Positions 12,201 through 21,905 of a stretch of DNA of 37,913 nt are shown here, one piece after another. This DNA is from Craspedostauros australis. Its lineage: Eukaryota. A program made the translations under genes and the position numbers. The DNA lies in the NCBI GenBank assembly GCA_030167865.1, contig JALAGF010003317.1, positions 1 to 37,913 of the forward strand, given 5' to 3'. How positions within the stretch are numbered: position 1 is the stretch's first letter; each line of letters opens with the position of its first letter. The notes under the pieces are model-generated. The model made no database searches, was not told the origin of the DNA, and saw only the letters and a list, made by a program, of their open reading frames with translations.

Positions 12201-12865
12201 CCCTCCCCCGTCAATAATTCCGACAGATCCGGAATGATCTTGTACAGAGTCTTGAGCTCGTTTGAGGACAATCGCCGAATCAAGGATTGACGCAGCATCG
12301 AGAGCCTGCGTGGATCCTGCGGTGCCGCACCAGCAATATCGTTGTGAGGCAATGCCTGGATCTGCTCCACCAGCTGACCCATTGCGGTCTTGATACCCGC
12401 ATACGGTTCCTCCATCTGCTGCAGGTCGAACTTGCCGGAAATGAAGAAGGCGAAGTTGTCGAGGCAGTGCTGCTTGTAGTGCATGGCCAGCGCGGACTTG
12501 CCGCTGCCGGACGGTCCCGAGATGAAGCACACGGTCTTCAAGTTCGCGCGGTGGCGGCGATGTGCGGAATCGCCATTCTCAATGTCGGCACCGAAGCTGT
12601 CGCTGCTGTGGATGATATCGGTGTCGTCACTCTGTGAACTCCGCGGAGGGTGTTTCCTTTGGAGCAACTGATTGATGGCATTCGACAGCACCCGCTTCTC
12701 CTTGTCCCGTCCGACGATTCCAGCGCGATCGAACTTGAAGGTATAGCCGTGTTGATGCTCGTTCGAGAACGCGTCGCTGCTGGCCTGCGAGTCCGTCTCC
12801 GACGCCGTGACGGCCGCATCGTAGAAGCTCCTCACGCTGTTTGGCTGTTGGTGGTGTTTTCCCAT
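9224..12865 (-). CDS. STAND-class P-loop ATPase (AAA_16/COG3899-like) with C-terminal helical repeats, ~1213 aa, intronless
   Basis: Motifs IVGRDKE, Walker A GPSGSGKS, SGKFD...PY, Walker B LVMMMDDIQWAD, KTGGNIFF, YAFIHDQVQEAA and the C-terminal ALANER...YEKWGATGKV. Start placed at ATG 12865 (MGKHH); the ORF is open further, to 13147. Confidence 0.88.
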   Translation of the reverse strand: MGKHHQQPNSVRSFYDAAVTASETDSQASSDAFSNEHQHGYTFKFDRAGIVGRDKEKRVLSNAINQLLQRKHPPRSSQSDDTDIIHSSDSFGADIENGDSAHRRHRANLKTVCFISGPSGSGKSALAMHYKQHCLDNFAFFISGKFDLQQMEEPYAGIKTAMGQLVEQIQALPHNDIAGAAPQDPRRLSMLRQSLIRRLSSNELKTLYKIIPDLSELLTGEGNGNSNTDRRDSDQGRGIFGDDGASAGGDASTSSHFARQLMLMKQASITSTSTSGSGADGLASSRDSFVVAEGYREKSDRIKHTLRRFLRIICKHSPLVMMMDDIQWADKASLDIIQAWVMDGEISSLMIVGCFRSNELEQSPGLKDMMQALQHSKRERSIRVLDIPIQDLSLQSIRHLLIEILLPDNDDDVNGLADIVHRKTGGNIFFTKQFLESLVYEKLLSVDEEGGMKWVWDEHKIISGSSATANMVDLMEQKLARLDAARHVLPIAACLGSTFSNRRLILVIRAMSIHSDHKVFFNDLLRTSQHGTVSAHPPDEEQEQADLISQSGIQRSLNICEREGIIEKYLQPSCRERSSTTSAKHGCRYAFIHDQVQEAALSLVPQHKLSELRHRVGDVLLTSYSQGKTQEDKVYMIAGLINARLDLVPATDQHSDRRMKIAMLNSNAGHLAVECAAFQAALEYFRTAIQLLPPDHSKTHPHESIAIFSSAAECAYINANIDEMKRYCSTILSLDCSILHKIGAYRIVINGLFMESHDTRTNETLPTTLDVLSQLGCKFPKSKVGKSIRLVRGLLKIKRAASKWTVDSFRNRPSCNDPTQVAAMLLLDLLSTIAYLVCPEWFPLVILECVERTLKHGILPHSSSAFAHLSSVFGYFMGDFKTAATTCAIALQMTDYESNHNNRGRVIFILNIGTVHWMNPIDQTLGELQRAHELGMACGDVSSGVRSISSHVINELLMGKPLAQLDEDMLKFSNMTKEYQDLVRMEFFIVSWQMLQNFRGFCDNEMKLKGDVFDEDAFFQQPPEKLDETMFVVIHGYRQMLAAFFSDFEVGAIASIKVFDKQLKKTPGVAYLPFSICCGGVCCYAASHAVRSRSKAARYRRHGDRCRKQLRKWAELGNPNCRHSHALLQAEHKMLRSKYDSAIARFKDAIDLATSCGFTNDQALANERLSECLMRMGMDDAADQALDEAIRLYEKWGATGKVEKLRLAREKYG

Positions 12866-13421
12866 GTTGTAATAGAATACGACGAGTGATATGAATTGTG
12901 GTGGCAAGTAGATTAGTATACGAGCGATGGGTGTCGCTGCGGTGAGGTGATGGAGGTGCCTCTTGGCCTTTGTGTGTATCATCCCACACGCGCCATCACG
13001 ATACCGTTCGGGTGCAATTGCAGGCACCGCCCAAAGCATCCTCTGCTCGTGTTTTGTGTTCGGATGAACACTCCGTGCGTGGATGAACACTCTGTGCATG
13101 GACGAACACGCCAAAGGCGCTTCCCGATGGATGATTCTGTGTGCCATCGTTCACCAACATCTATTCTGTGACACTTCTCACCAAGACAAAGAACAGTGCC
13201 CCTTGGGACTTCCTACGAAATCTTTGGTCCACAAGAATGGTCAAGATACTCCCAGAGTGATGAAGGAGAACTCTTTTACTCTAGAATCTACGCTCAATGC
13301 TGTAGCATGTTGCACAGGACTCGTTTGAGGTATTGTAACACCACAAGTTTATGAATTTACAAGGACGATGTAGTATAGTAGGTACGGTACGACTACCAGC
13401 ATCATGTCAAATGATACTCGC

Positions 13422-15110
13422 CTACGCCTGACTAGAACGCCGCCGACCAAAGAGCTTTCGCTTGACCTTGCTGAAGACGCCGCCGTCGCTGTCTTCGTGC
13501 TGCGTGTAATCACTTTCAGGGAAGTCCTCGCTTTCGGCCGCGCTGTCCCTCCTCGGTCCGCGCTTGCGATTGCTGTCGTCCTCGTCCTGGGTGGTGTCCA
13601 CATCCATGCTGTGGGCCGTCGCAGTGCTGCGCTTCGAGGCTGCCGGGGCGATGCCGCATTTGACGAGCATCCAGCGCCATGCCTTTTTGGACTTGCGCAG
13701 TCTGGAATCGAAGGTCATGACGAGGAGGACCGTTCCGATGGTGATCATGGCGACCGTGGACCAGATGAAGCCCTTGCGCGTTCTGGTGGTCCCGACCCAA
13801 AGGAAGGTTGGCACGTTGTTCGTGGAACGGTTCAGCGAGCTGGAGTAGGAAGACACCTTGTTGTAGGGATCGGGACACATGTTGCGATCCTTGGTGCTTG
13901 TGACGGAGGCGGTGGAAAGCTCGACCGTGCAAGCGCGGCTCTTTAGGAGCAGTTTCAGCGAACTCTGCTCATTGTAGAGATAGTTGTCGTCACCATCTCC
14001 GCTGTCTCCATTGTTGTTGTAGTTGTTATTATTGGAGGAAGACAGAGAAGAGTCGTAGATGGCAACGCAGCTCTGCCGGTTAATGAGTCGGTTGAATTGC
14101 GGCAGCTTGTGCAACCGCTTCGAGACCTGATCTGCATGGCAGTACTTGCCATTGAATTCGAACATTTGGAAACGACCATTCGCAGCGCAGCCCACACCGT
14201 AGCTGGAGACGCCGTCGTAGGTTGGCAGCGTGCAACCGTTGCAACCGTCGTCATCGCCGTCGTTGCTGCCGTTGTCATTGTCAAAGGCGCCGCCGGCGTT
14301 GCTGAAGTCATCATCGTAGTACGGCATGTCGTTGTTGCAGTACGATCCGATGACCTTCTGATCGAAGCTGCCGGACGTGAAGGCCAGAGCGCGTCTGCCG
14401 TTACCGTCGTCGTCGTCGTCATCTCCGAAGGCCGACATGGTGGTGTAGCCGGGGAAGTAGCCCTTCGTCTGCATGGATTGAATCCAGGCTTCGACGCCGC
14501 CGACGGTGAAGAATGAGTTGATGAAGGTGCTCTTGCCGCAGCCGGAATCGTTGTCCCCCTTGAGGATGCCGTAGAGGGCGTAGGCGACGTTGGCTCTGTA
14601 GCACGCGGTCTTTCCCAGGTACCACATGTCCTCCTCGTCGTAGTTGGCCCCGCAATTGTCGATGATGCCGTCGGCGTCCCCGCTGTTGTCGCCGTCGTCG
14701 TCGAACTGCGTCGTGTGCAGCGGCGACCAAGCGCAGTTGCGGTACTCCACGTAGAGCTTGTCGAACTTGTCCAGATCTTCGAGGACGTTGATGGAGTCCT
14801 TCCAGTACATCTTGGTGCCGACGTTGGGGTTGCTGGCGCCGTTGGGATAGTACGAATGGTCCTTGTTGCCGTCCACATCGGCGGCTGCCACGAGGACCGT
14901 CTGCAGTGCCAGTATGGACGCTATCGTCATGGTCATGGTCATCATGGGCGTCCATCCACCATTGTGCCTGTGTTTGTGTTTGTACCTCTGCATTTGCTTC
15001 TGCCTCTGCTTTTGGTTGTGATCGTGGCTCTGACTGTGCTGACTTGGTTGTGCGGACCTTCGCCTGTGGCCATGCCTACAGCTGCGTGTCAGCGTCCTTG
15101 TGGTTGCCAT
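13422..15110 (-). CDS. Diatom-type Cys/Asp/Asn-rich single-pass membrane protein (silicanin-like architecture)
   Basis: Long codon-biased ORF. Hydrophobic signal-like segment (MTIASILALQTVLVAAA), Cys-rich luminal part with D/N runs and an RRAL motif, TM FIWSTVAMITIGTVLLVMTF and a charged tail. Start is ATG 15110 or 14945; the latter puts the signal peptide at the N-terminus. Confidence 0.8.
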   Translation of the reverse strand: MATTRTLTRSCRHGHRRRSAQPSQHSQSHDHNQKQRQKQMQRYKHKHRHNGGWTPMMTMTMTIASILALQTVLVAAADVDGNKDHSYYPNGASNPNVGTKMYWKDSINVLEDLDKFDKLYVEYRNCAWSPLHTTQFDDDGDNSGDADGIIDNCGANYDEEDMWYLGKTACYRANVAYALYGILKGDNDSGCGKSTFINSFFTVGGVEAWIQSMQTKGYFPGYTTMSAFGDDDDDDGNGRRALAFTSGSFDQKVIGSYCNNDMPYYDDDFSNAGGAFDNDNGSNDGDDDGCNGCTLPTYDGVSSYGVGCAANGRFQMFEFNGKYCHADQVSKRLHKLPQFNRLINRQSCVAIYDSSLSSSNNNNYNNNGDSGDGDDNYLYNEQSSLKLLLKSRACTVELSTASVTSTKDRNMCPDPYNKVSSYSSSLNRSTNNVPTFLWVGTTRTRKGFIWSTVAMITIGTVLLVMTFDSRLRKSKKAWRWMLVKCGIAPAASKRSTATAHSMDVDTTQDEDDSNRKRGPRRDSAAESEDFPESDYTQHEDSDGGVFSKVKRKLFGRRRSSQA

Positions 15111-16269
15111 CCTGAATGTCGCAACTTCGGCAGTTGGCTTGGCTGTTCGGCTGTTCGGCTGTTCGGTTGGGTAGCTCAGATGCAGATGCAGATGACGATG
15201 GTGATGACAGGGAAGGTTCGATTCCTTCGCCTCTCTTCGACGCAATCAATGTTGCCGTATTGCTGTTTGGTTCTGTTACTATTGGTGCTGCTGCTGCTGC
15301 TGCTCTCGGTATTGCTATTGCTGTTGCTGTTGCTGTTGGTATTGCCGCAGCTTGTATTCATGCTCTCTGGCCCACGAAGCCGTCGACTGATGCATTCATG
15401 GTTTGGTCAACTCCGCCAATCGCCACCCGAGCACAGCATCCTCCAGCAACAGAAACCGCCATCGTCATCAGCAGCTTCCCACCAACAAACAAGCAACAAA
15501 CAGGCAACAAACAACGAAGAGAGAGACGAGCATCTCATTGTTCCTGTCTTTGGCGCGGTGCACTCGGCACAGCCTCGCCGTCTGCGTGCGCCACTGTGTT
15601 TTCACTCCAATTCAAATCGTGTGAACGCTTTTCAACTGGTTTCGTTCGGATGACGATGCACATGGATCTCGATAGTGTTTCCAATCATTCGTGATTGTTT
15701 ACACCAATCATACTGCTTGATTCGTGGGATGCCTCGCCATTTTGGCGCCAACTCAGCTATTATTATCGAAGTAGAACATGTTTCGCGCCTTTCCGGGCCA
15801 CACTTCACACCCACCCACCAAGCCAGCCGCTTTGTTCCTCCCACACGCAGAACGTCCATGGTGTGCAAGCTGTTGGAAGTTGGAACGGGACAGCATCAAT
15901 CATCTCCTTCTTGCTCCTCTTCCTGTTCTGCTTCGTGTTGATCGACGGATGCCGGTCTTGCCACTCCTCCTTGTGGCTTCATGAAGGGAGAAGCATGCTC
16001 AGTGAAGGAAACACGAGCATCATCGCCGCCATCGTCGATCATCGTCGATCATCATCCTTGTCATCAATGAAAGGCAATAGCTAAGCAAGGCTTCTGACGA
16101 CCTTGCTCCAATCCGAGCGTCGATCCGTCCCCCCTGCAGCTCTGCATCCTCGGATCCTCCATCTTGCTGCCAGACGCAACCGCAAGTGCGATACCAGTAC
16201 GCACACTCGTACCTTCTCGCACTACTACTCTGCAGATACTACGACTATTATACTAAACAAAACGCCATC

Positions 16270-17847
16270 ATGCAACGGCTGGTCTCGACATGGCTGCTGC
16301 TGCCGATGGCCCTGCCTTCATTGCAGCACCGGCCATTCGCGGAGGCCGCTCAGAATGCAAGGAATGATTGGAAGAACAATGGCGGCAACTGGTTCTCCCT
16401 CACACCACAAGTGGAAGTGCAATGGGGCAAGGCCAAGGATCCGCAGCACGCGCAACGATTGGAGATGCTGCAACGTCGCTTTCTGCAGAGCGGCAACGCG
16501 GCGGAGGACTCGCCGTCCAAGACGTCCGCGGAGACCATGAAGACGGGCATGTCCTCGCCCTTCCTCAACGGCAACGAAGTCTACTACGATGATTACTCGC
16601 AGGCCTGGCGGTTGCTGGGCTTCTACATGGATTGCAACGACAACATGGCCTACCTCAATGGCGACGACGACGACGACCGCCGCGACATGCGACAGCTCTC
16701 GGAAGACGACGGCCAGAAAAGCTGCATGCGGTACCTGCTGTGGGCGGCCTACGTCGATCTCGACCACGAGGGCGACGGCCTCTACGAGTACATCATGTGG
16801 GATCCCAAGAACGACGAATGGAACGTCGACGGCTGTCGCTACGATCCCGATTCCATCACGGACGACGAGGCGCGCCAGAACTACGAGGACAACTACCGCT
16901 GCGTCAAGATGGATTGCCACGAGGAAGACACGACGCACTTCGAGCTGCTCGGCATCTTCAAGGAGCCCGGTCCGGAGGATTGGTTCGAGCAGCTCTTCAA
17001 GCACGAAGGCAACTGCGTGTGGACGGAGGATGAGTACAACTTCATGCAGACCTACCGCGAAGTGTGGCCGGAGGAATGCACGCAGATCGGAGACGATGAG
17101 GATGGCAACGGTCTCTACTACCACATCAAGCCCATCGAGAATGGCTTGATGGACATTGGCATCTACACGGACAAGTACTGCTCCGTGGACTACACCGGCG
17201 AGTACGAACGCGACAATCTCCTCAACGGCCTCCTCACGGCCGAATACTACTACTGCGCCAACGACGACGACGCCAACAACAACAATTACAACTACAATTA
17301 CAACAACGGGGACCTCGATCTCCTGCAGAACATCGACAAATGGAACGAGCTGCTCAGCATCTACACGCTGTGCCAGCCCTGCGTCGCCTACACCCCGGCA
17401 TGGATGAAGTCCTACCAGAACGGCAACTACAACAACCGCCAACGCCGTGCCAGCAGCGACGAGGAGTTCGAATGCGAAGACGACGCCGGTTACAACAACG
17501 TCAACCAATGCATGAAGTTCGCCACGCACACCGACATGATGGTGGCGCGCACTTCCGACGTCATGACGGCGGTGCGTCAAGGCAGCCTCGCGAGCATCCC
17601 CAACGACCTCATCTCCATGTCGGCCCGGCAGCGCAGCCAATTGAGGCAGGTGCCCAGAACGTTCTGGTACGCGCTGGCCTATTTCGTCGTAGCCACCCTG
17701 CTCTACCTCAAGGCCCTGCAGGTGCGGGCCCGCGTGCGGCGTCAGAAGAACATGAAGCAGCCGTTGGTGGAAAAGACGAAACGCAGAAAGAAGAAACGCA
17801 GCAAGGGGGGCAACGTCGGGGTGGACAATGGTGGCGTCATGGCGTAG
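16270..17847 (+). CDS. Diatom-type Cys/Asp/Asn-rich single-pass membrane protein, 525 aa (silicanin-like architecture)
   Basis: Strong codon bias. Signal-like N-terminus from ATG 16270, RFL and RQL motifs, Cys blocks (LLGFYMDC, CVKMDCH, IGIYTDKYCS, FECEDDAGYNNVNQCMKF), N/Y runs, TM FWYALAYFVVATLLYL and a basic tail. Confidence 0.85.
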   Translation: MQRLVSTWLLLPMALPSLQHRPFAEAAQNARNDWKNNGGNWFSLTPQVEVQWGKAKDPQHAQRLEMLQRRFLQSGNAAEDSPSKTSAETMKTGMSSPFLNGNEVYYDDYSQAWRLLGFYMDCNDNMAYLNGDDDDDRRDMRQLSEDDGQKSCMRYLLWAAYVDLDHEGDGLYEYIMWDPKNDEWNVDGCRYDPDSITDDEARQNYEDNYRCVKMDCHEEDTTHFELLGIFKEPGPEDWFEQLFKHEGNCVWTEDEYNFMQTYREVWPEECTQIGDDEDGNGLYYHIKPIENGLMDIGIYTDKYCSVDYTGEYERDNLLNGLLTAEYYYCANDDDANNNNYNYNYNNGDLDLLQNIDKWNELLSIYTLCQPCVAYTPAWMKSYQNGNYNNRQRRASSDEEFECEDDAGYNNVNQCMKFATHTDMMVARTSDVMTAVRQGSLASIPNDLISMSARQRSQLRQVPRTFWYALAYFVVATLLYLKALQVRARVRRQKNMKQPLVEKTKRRKKKRSKGGNVGVDNGGVMA

Positions 17848-18225
17848 ATCAGTGCGGTGTCATGCAATGGAATGGAATATGCGCTGCAGCTATTTTGGGT
17901 AAAGCCAGTAAGAAGAGGGAGAAGGACAATGTTAACACTTCAATGTTGTCAACATTCTGATCATAGTGTCTGAAGTGCTTGCACTCTACACTGGAGCAGA
18001 GTAGTGTTCGCTAAGGAGAACCTGAAATGCAGATGGATTGTTCTTTTTGGCGTCAAGTTGAAATCCAGTTGTGGATGCGACAAAAGGATTCTGCATCTGG
18101 CAGAAGCGCACACCCCTGCCACGGCTCCCACAAATGCAAGCAGCGCACAACAATGTACGAACACATGCGCACCGACGGAGACGACAGAGACGACAGAGAC
18201 GACAACAAAGCAAGCGAGATAAGCC

Positions 18226-19041
18226 ATGACGATGAGCGAAGTGAGTGTGGAGGAGACGATCCCCGGCAGTGACGCAGGCAGTAGCAGCACCAGCAGAAGA
18301 AAGAACACGAGCACCAACATGCCCACGACCAAGCCTGGTTCGTTCCCCCTGGTGCTGCGCAGCATGAAATGCGGATACCTGGAGCTGGTGTGGATGATCG
18401 GACAGATGACGCCCGCGAAGGCAAACACCCTGCTGCCGGAACTGTGCGTCAAGATCGCCGAGTACTGCGTCGTGCAGAAGGTGGTGCCGTCGCAAGTCAC
18501 GGCCGTCAGCGCGAGTTCGCACGATGGCGCGCACGATCTGTCGTGCAGCTTGGATACGCAAGACGACTCGACGTGGTGGATCAGCGGCCGCGACACCATG
18601 CAACAAGGTCGCGGACGCGAATGGGTGCAGTACCGCTTGGCTGGTGACGATAGCTACAAGATCAGGGCGCAGTCGCAATCGCAGCATCATCTCAAGCTGC
18701 TGCAGCCTGCCAAGCCCAGGCGGCTCACGACGATGTGCGTCAAGATCCCGCCGCTTCCGATGGGTCCGCTGAGCGTGAGGGATTGCCATGTGGAGGCCAA
18801 ATGCGTGCCGCAAGGCAACGACGAAGCGTGGTCCCAAGTATCACCAAGGTGGACGGTGTCCAACCGGAGCGGGTTGCAGCGATTCCATTTGCCACGGCCG
18901 GTCGATGCGACCGAGGTGCGAATCGTGTGCCATTGCAACCAATTCGCGCCCATCCTCGAAGAGTTCGAAGATGGCGACATGATCCAGTCGAGCACAAACT
19001 ATGCCATCATGGTGGGGTATTTTGCTGTCAAGTTTGAGTAG
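18226..19041 (+). CDS. Hypothetical protein with a galactose-binding-like (F5/8 type C / DOC1-like) fold, 271 aa
   Basis: VTAVSASSHD...SLDTQDDSTWWIS...EWVQYRL...LQRFHLPRPVDATEVRIVC follows the discoidin/APC10 beta-sandwich pattern. Confidence 0.7.
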   Translation: MTMSEVSVEETIPGSDAGSSSTSRRKNTSTNMPTTKPGSFPLVLRSMKCGYLELVWMIGQMTPAKANTLLPELCVKIAEYCVVQKVVPSQVTAVSASSHDGAHDLSCSLDTQDDSTWWISGRDTMQQGRGREWVQYRLAGDDSYKIRAQSQSQHHLKLLQPAKPRRLTTMCVKIPPLPMGPLSVRDCHVEAKCVPQGNDEAWSQVSPRWTVSNRSGLQRFHLPRPVDATEVRIVCHCNQFAPILEEFEDGDMIQSSTNYAIMVGYFAVKFE

Positions 19042-19306
19042 CGTGGAGGAGAGGACAAGAGAGGAGATTAGGGAAGAGTATGCATCGTTATTCTGCTATT
19101 ATGGAAAGCAGCGAGGTCCTGTCTAGGATGCTGTGAAGAGCACCTATTCAGAGCCAACTGAGACGGATGACAATGATGACGGCGGCGACAGTATTGATAG
19201 TGATGCTGCTATCAAAATGGTGGAAGGATTCCGAGCAGCATGAGGTCGATTTGAATGGCGCATGTTACTGTGACCAAAAGTACGAATGCTCCCATCCCTG
19301 CCTCAA

Positions 19307-20857
19307 TTACGTACGCCGACTCTTGGGCAGCATGTAAACGACTTGATTGCGCCCTTCAAATGGCAACGTCGTCGTCTGTATGCGCTCATCTTTTAACAGT
19401 AGATACTGCATAAGATCATCGTACGTCCGCACGAATCGTGCGGTGCCATCCTGTGTGCTTGCGACAAACCGCGTTGGAAACAATCCCGGAAATACGCAAC
19501 ACGGAACTATCGCGAATGGCTTGTCGTATTGCAGTGCGACAGTGACGATGTCCTCCGTGCATTCGTCAGGATGGAGTCCAATGAGGAGACTGGACGATTG
19601 CACGTGATGTCCGCAGCGTGTCAAGAAGTCGTTGGTGTTGAAGAATTGCGCCAAATGTTGCGGCATGGGTGCTTTGGATTTGCGGATGCGTTTGACATCT
19701 TTCTTTGTGATATTGGTTGTGCCTGTGCATGTGCTTTTGGTTGGGATTGTGGCTGTCGGATCTGGATCAGGCGGCTCAATTGGATTTGATACAGCGGAGG
19801 TCTCCACCACATCCATGGAAGGCACCGCCTTGCGACCACGCACGAAAGGATCGACCCACGTGCAAGGCGCTTGACCTTGCACCGCCAGTTCGATGGAGAG
19901 CTTGCCCTTCCCGCCCGCAACATCCAGCACCCCGCCCTGTTGCAGGAAGTCTTTGCCGTACGTGTCAATCAACCATGTCGCAAACAATTGCGCACGCAAC
20001 GCCTTGGCTCGTTTGTCGCCATGCACATTTGTTGTTGCATTGCCGCTGGTTCGTGCAGCGATGGCTGGACCGTTTTCGGTTCTGGTTGCATTGGGATCTA
20101 GGGACTGCTTCGGTGGTTCCGACTTCGTTCGTTTGTATGCGGGCGCATCGTCGTCGTGGTTCTTGTGCGTATTGAATCGACGAAACGCATTGCCACGTGC
20201 TTGCAGATAGGCGGAGTAGGATATGCCGCGATCTCCATTCTGTGCCGATGTGACGGCATCATCTCTCGGATTGTTGAGCAAGGACCATGCGCAAACGTCA
20301 TATAGCAACAGCGCAGTCGCTTGATTCTGCCGTGTCGGCGTGCTTTTGTCTGTGCTTCTGTCTATGGCCGATGACGATGCCGACGGCGTTGCTTGGACGA
20401 TGGTCATCTGAACCTTGGCGCCGTAGGGCAACATGGAAGCCTTGGTTGGGAAGTTGTCGCTCGCATGATGGCTTTGAAGATTGCCATCCTGAGACCCATC
20501 GTCATTGCTGTTGCTGGGGTGATGCCTCTGCCAATGAATTGAATTGCGCTGAAACCGCATCTTCAGAATCTGCTGCGGCGACGTCTCAGGGCCGCTGGCG
20601 GGAGAGGAAGTGGATGCATTGGCGTGTGTTTCATGCTGAGCTGTCGTGCCGTGAACAGCCGTCTTATCGTGACGGCCATCCCCTGAATTGCGGACGCCGC
20701 CATTGTTGTGTGCTGAATCCTGTCCATCGCTCCGTCGTTCCACTTGAACATCCACAAACGCCAAGTGCTTTCCCAGGGACCGCTTGCGGACGATGTAGCC
20801 AATCACTTGGACTTCGTCATGTTCTGTGGGTAGCTGGACCACTGTGCTTCCCATCAT
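19307..20857 (-). CDS. OB-fold plus class I SAM-dependent methyltransferase-like protein (possible RNA/tRNA methyltransferase), ~516 aa
   Basis: N-terminal VQVIGYIVRKRSLGKHLAFVDV resembles an anticodon-binding OB fold. SAM motif VLDVAGGKGKLS; LIGLHPDECTEDIV...FAIVPCCVFP. First in-frame ATG is 20857. Confidence 0.8.
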   Translation of the reverse strand: MMGSTVVQLPTEHDEVQVIGYIVRKRSLGKHLAFVDVQVERRSDGQDSAHNNGGVRNSGDGRHDKTAVHGTTAQHETHANASTSSPASGPETSPQQILKMRFQRNSIHWQRHHPSNSNDDGSQDGNLQSHHASDNFPTKASMLPYGAKVQMTIVQATPSASSSAIDRSTDKSTPTRQNQATALLLYDVCAWSLLNNPRDDAVTSAQNGDRGISYSAYLQARGNAFRRFNTHKNHDDDAPAYKRTKSEPPKQSLDPNATRTENGPAIAARTSGNATTNVHGDKRAKALRAQLFATWLIDTYGKDFLQQGGVLDVAGGKGKLSIELAVQGQAPCTWVDPFVRGRKAVPSMDVVETSAVSNPIEPPDPDPTATIPTKSTCTGTTNITKKDVKRIRKSKAPMPQHLAQFFNTNDFLTRCGHHVQSSSLLIGLHPDECTEDIVTVALQYDKPFAIVPCCVFPGLFPTRFVASTQDGTARFVRTYDDLMQYLLLKDERIQTTTLPFEGRNQVVYMLPKSRRT

Positions 20858-21905
20858 TGGTGTGGTCTCCAGCGTGTCTCTGTCGCTCCCTGTTGCCACG
20901 GAAGTTGGTGGCTTCCACGATGTCTGTTTCGATGCAGTGTTCCGAACAAAACGAGGACTGAAGTGGACACATCACGATACGATCGGAGGCATCATGGAGC
21001 GTGCCGTGTGAAGCGATGGTTGTGAATGTCGCTGTCTGTCTGGCTGTTCTCGTGGTGTGGTTGGTCATCGAGATCGTGTTGTTGGCGCGTCCCGCGATAG
21101 GCCGTCCCAACTGTTGGCTTTTGTGTCCGTTCTTGATGACTCTGTTTTTAACTGCCAATCATCGTTTCGACCGAAATTGTTCCTCCGCAATTAACCTGAT
21201 TCTTGGTGAACGGCTGATTCATGCTTTGGATCGTGGTTGGCGACACTTCTCATCCATTGTGCTTGTCAACATAGAGGACGGCCACCAGTCGTCGGCAAGT
21301 GGAACAGAAAGGAAGCAGAGGTTGTTCGGTTTGTACTGGTGATGCCTTCTGTCTCTGTGCGATCGACGTGTACAAATATGCTGTCACTTTGGCTCCTTGT
21401 CTCCTTGTGTCTTGGGTTGAAGGTGTTCCTGTGACGCGAGTTCAAATCCCAGCGCGGGAGAGAGTGAAGCAAGGTTGGAGGCAGTAGGAGGAACAGAAAA
21501 GGCCATGGCGGTGGGAGGGATTGGATCGTGAGGTTACTGTTCCACTCAGAGCGGTTCGTATCGAAAACGCCTTGTCGCACACGCATCACTCCACCTCCAA
21601 CCACATGCCCATCTCCACTTTCTCATCGGCACTGTTGCGCAAGAGAGTCGTTTTCTTTCTCCCACACGCAACACACGACCAACAACAGATCCAATAGCAC
21701 CTGCGATTCGCAGACAACAGCCATAGCATCTTCCTGCGGCAGGTATGCAGGCAAACAGGCAAATCACACCAAACCTCCTCTCACTTTATGAGTGCAATAC
21801 GATCCGACACAAACCGACAACAGCTCCTCAATCACACACTTTCTCACGTCACCACAAATCCTCCAACTCGCACATCAGATCACATCACATCAGATCAGGT
21901 CCGCC

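Noticed and set aside
12866-13147. 94-aa N-terminal extension of the STAND ATPase ORF
   Set aside because: Composition looks like UTR/promoter with no domain signal. ATG 12865 is preferred, although the extension is not formally excluded.
16318-17640. 440-aa antisense ORF (similar cases: 25668..26681, 11091..12290, 13955..14878, 14715..15653)
   Set aside because: Shadow or alternative frames of GC3-biased genes and repeat tracts, with no recognisable motifs.
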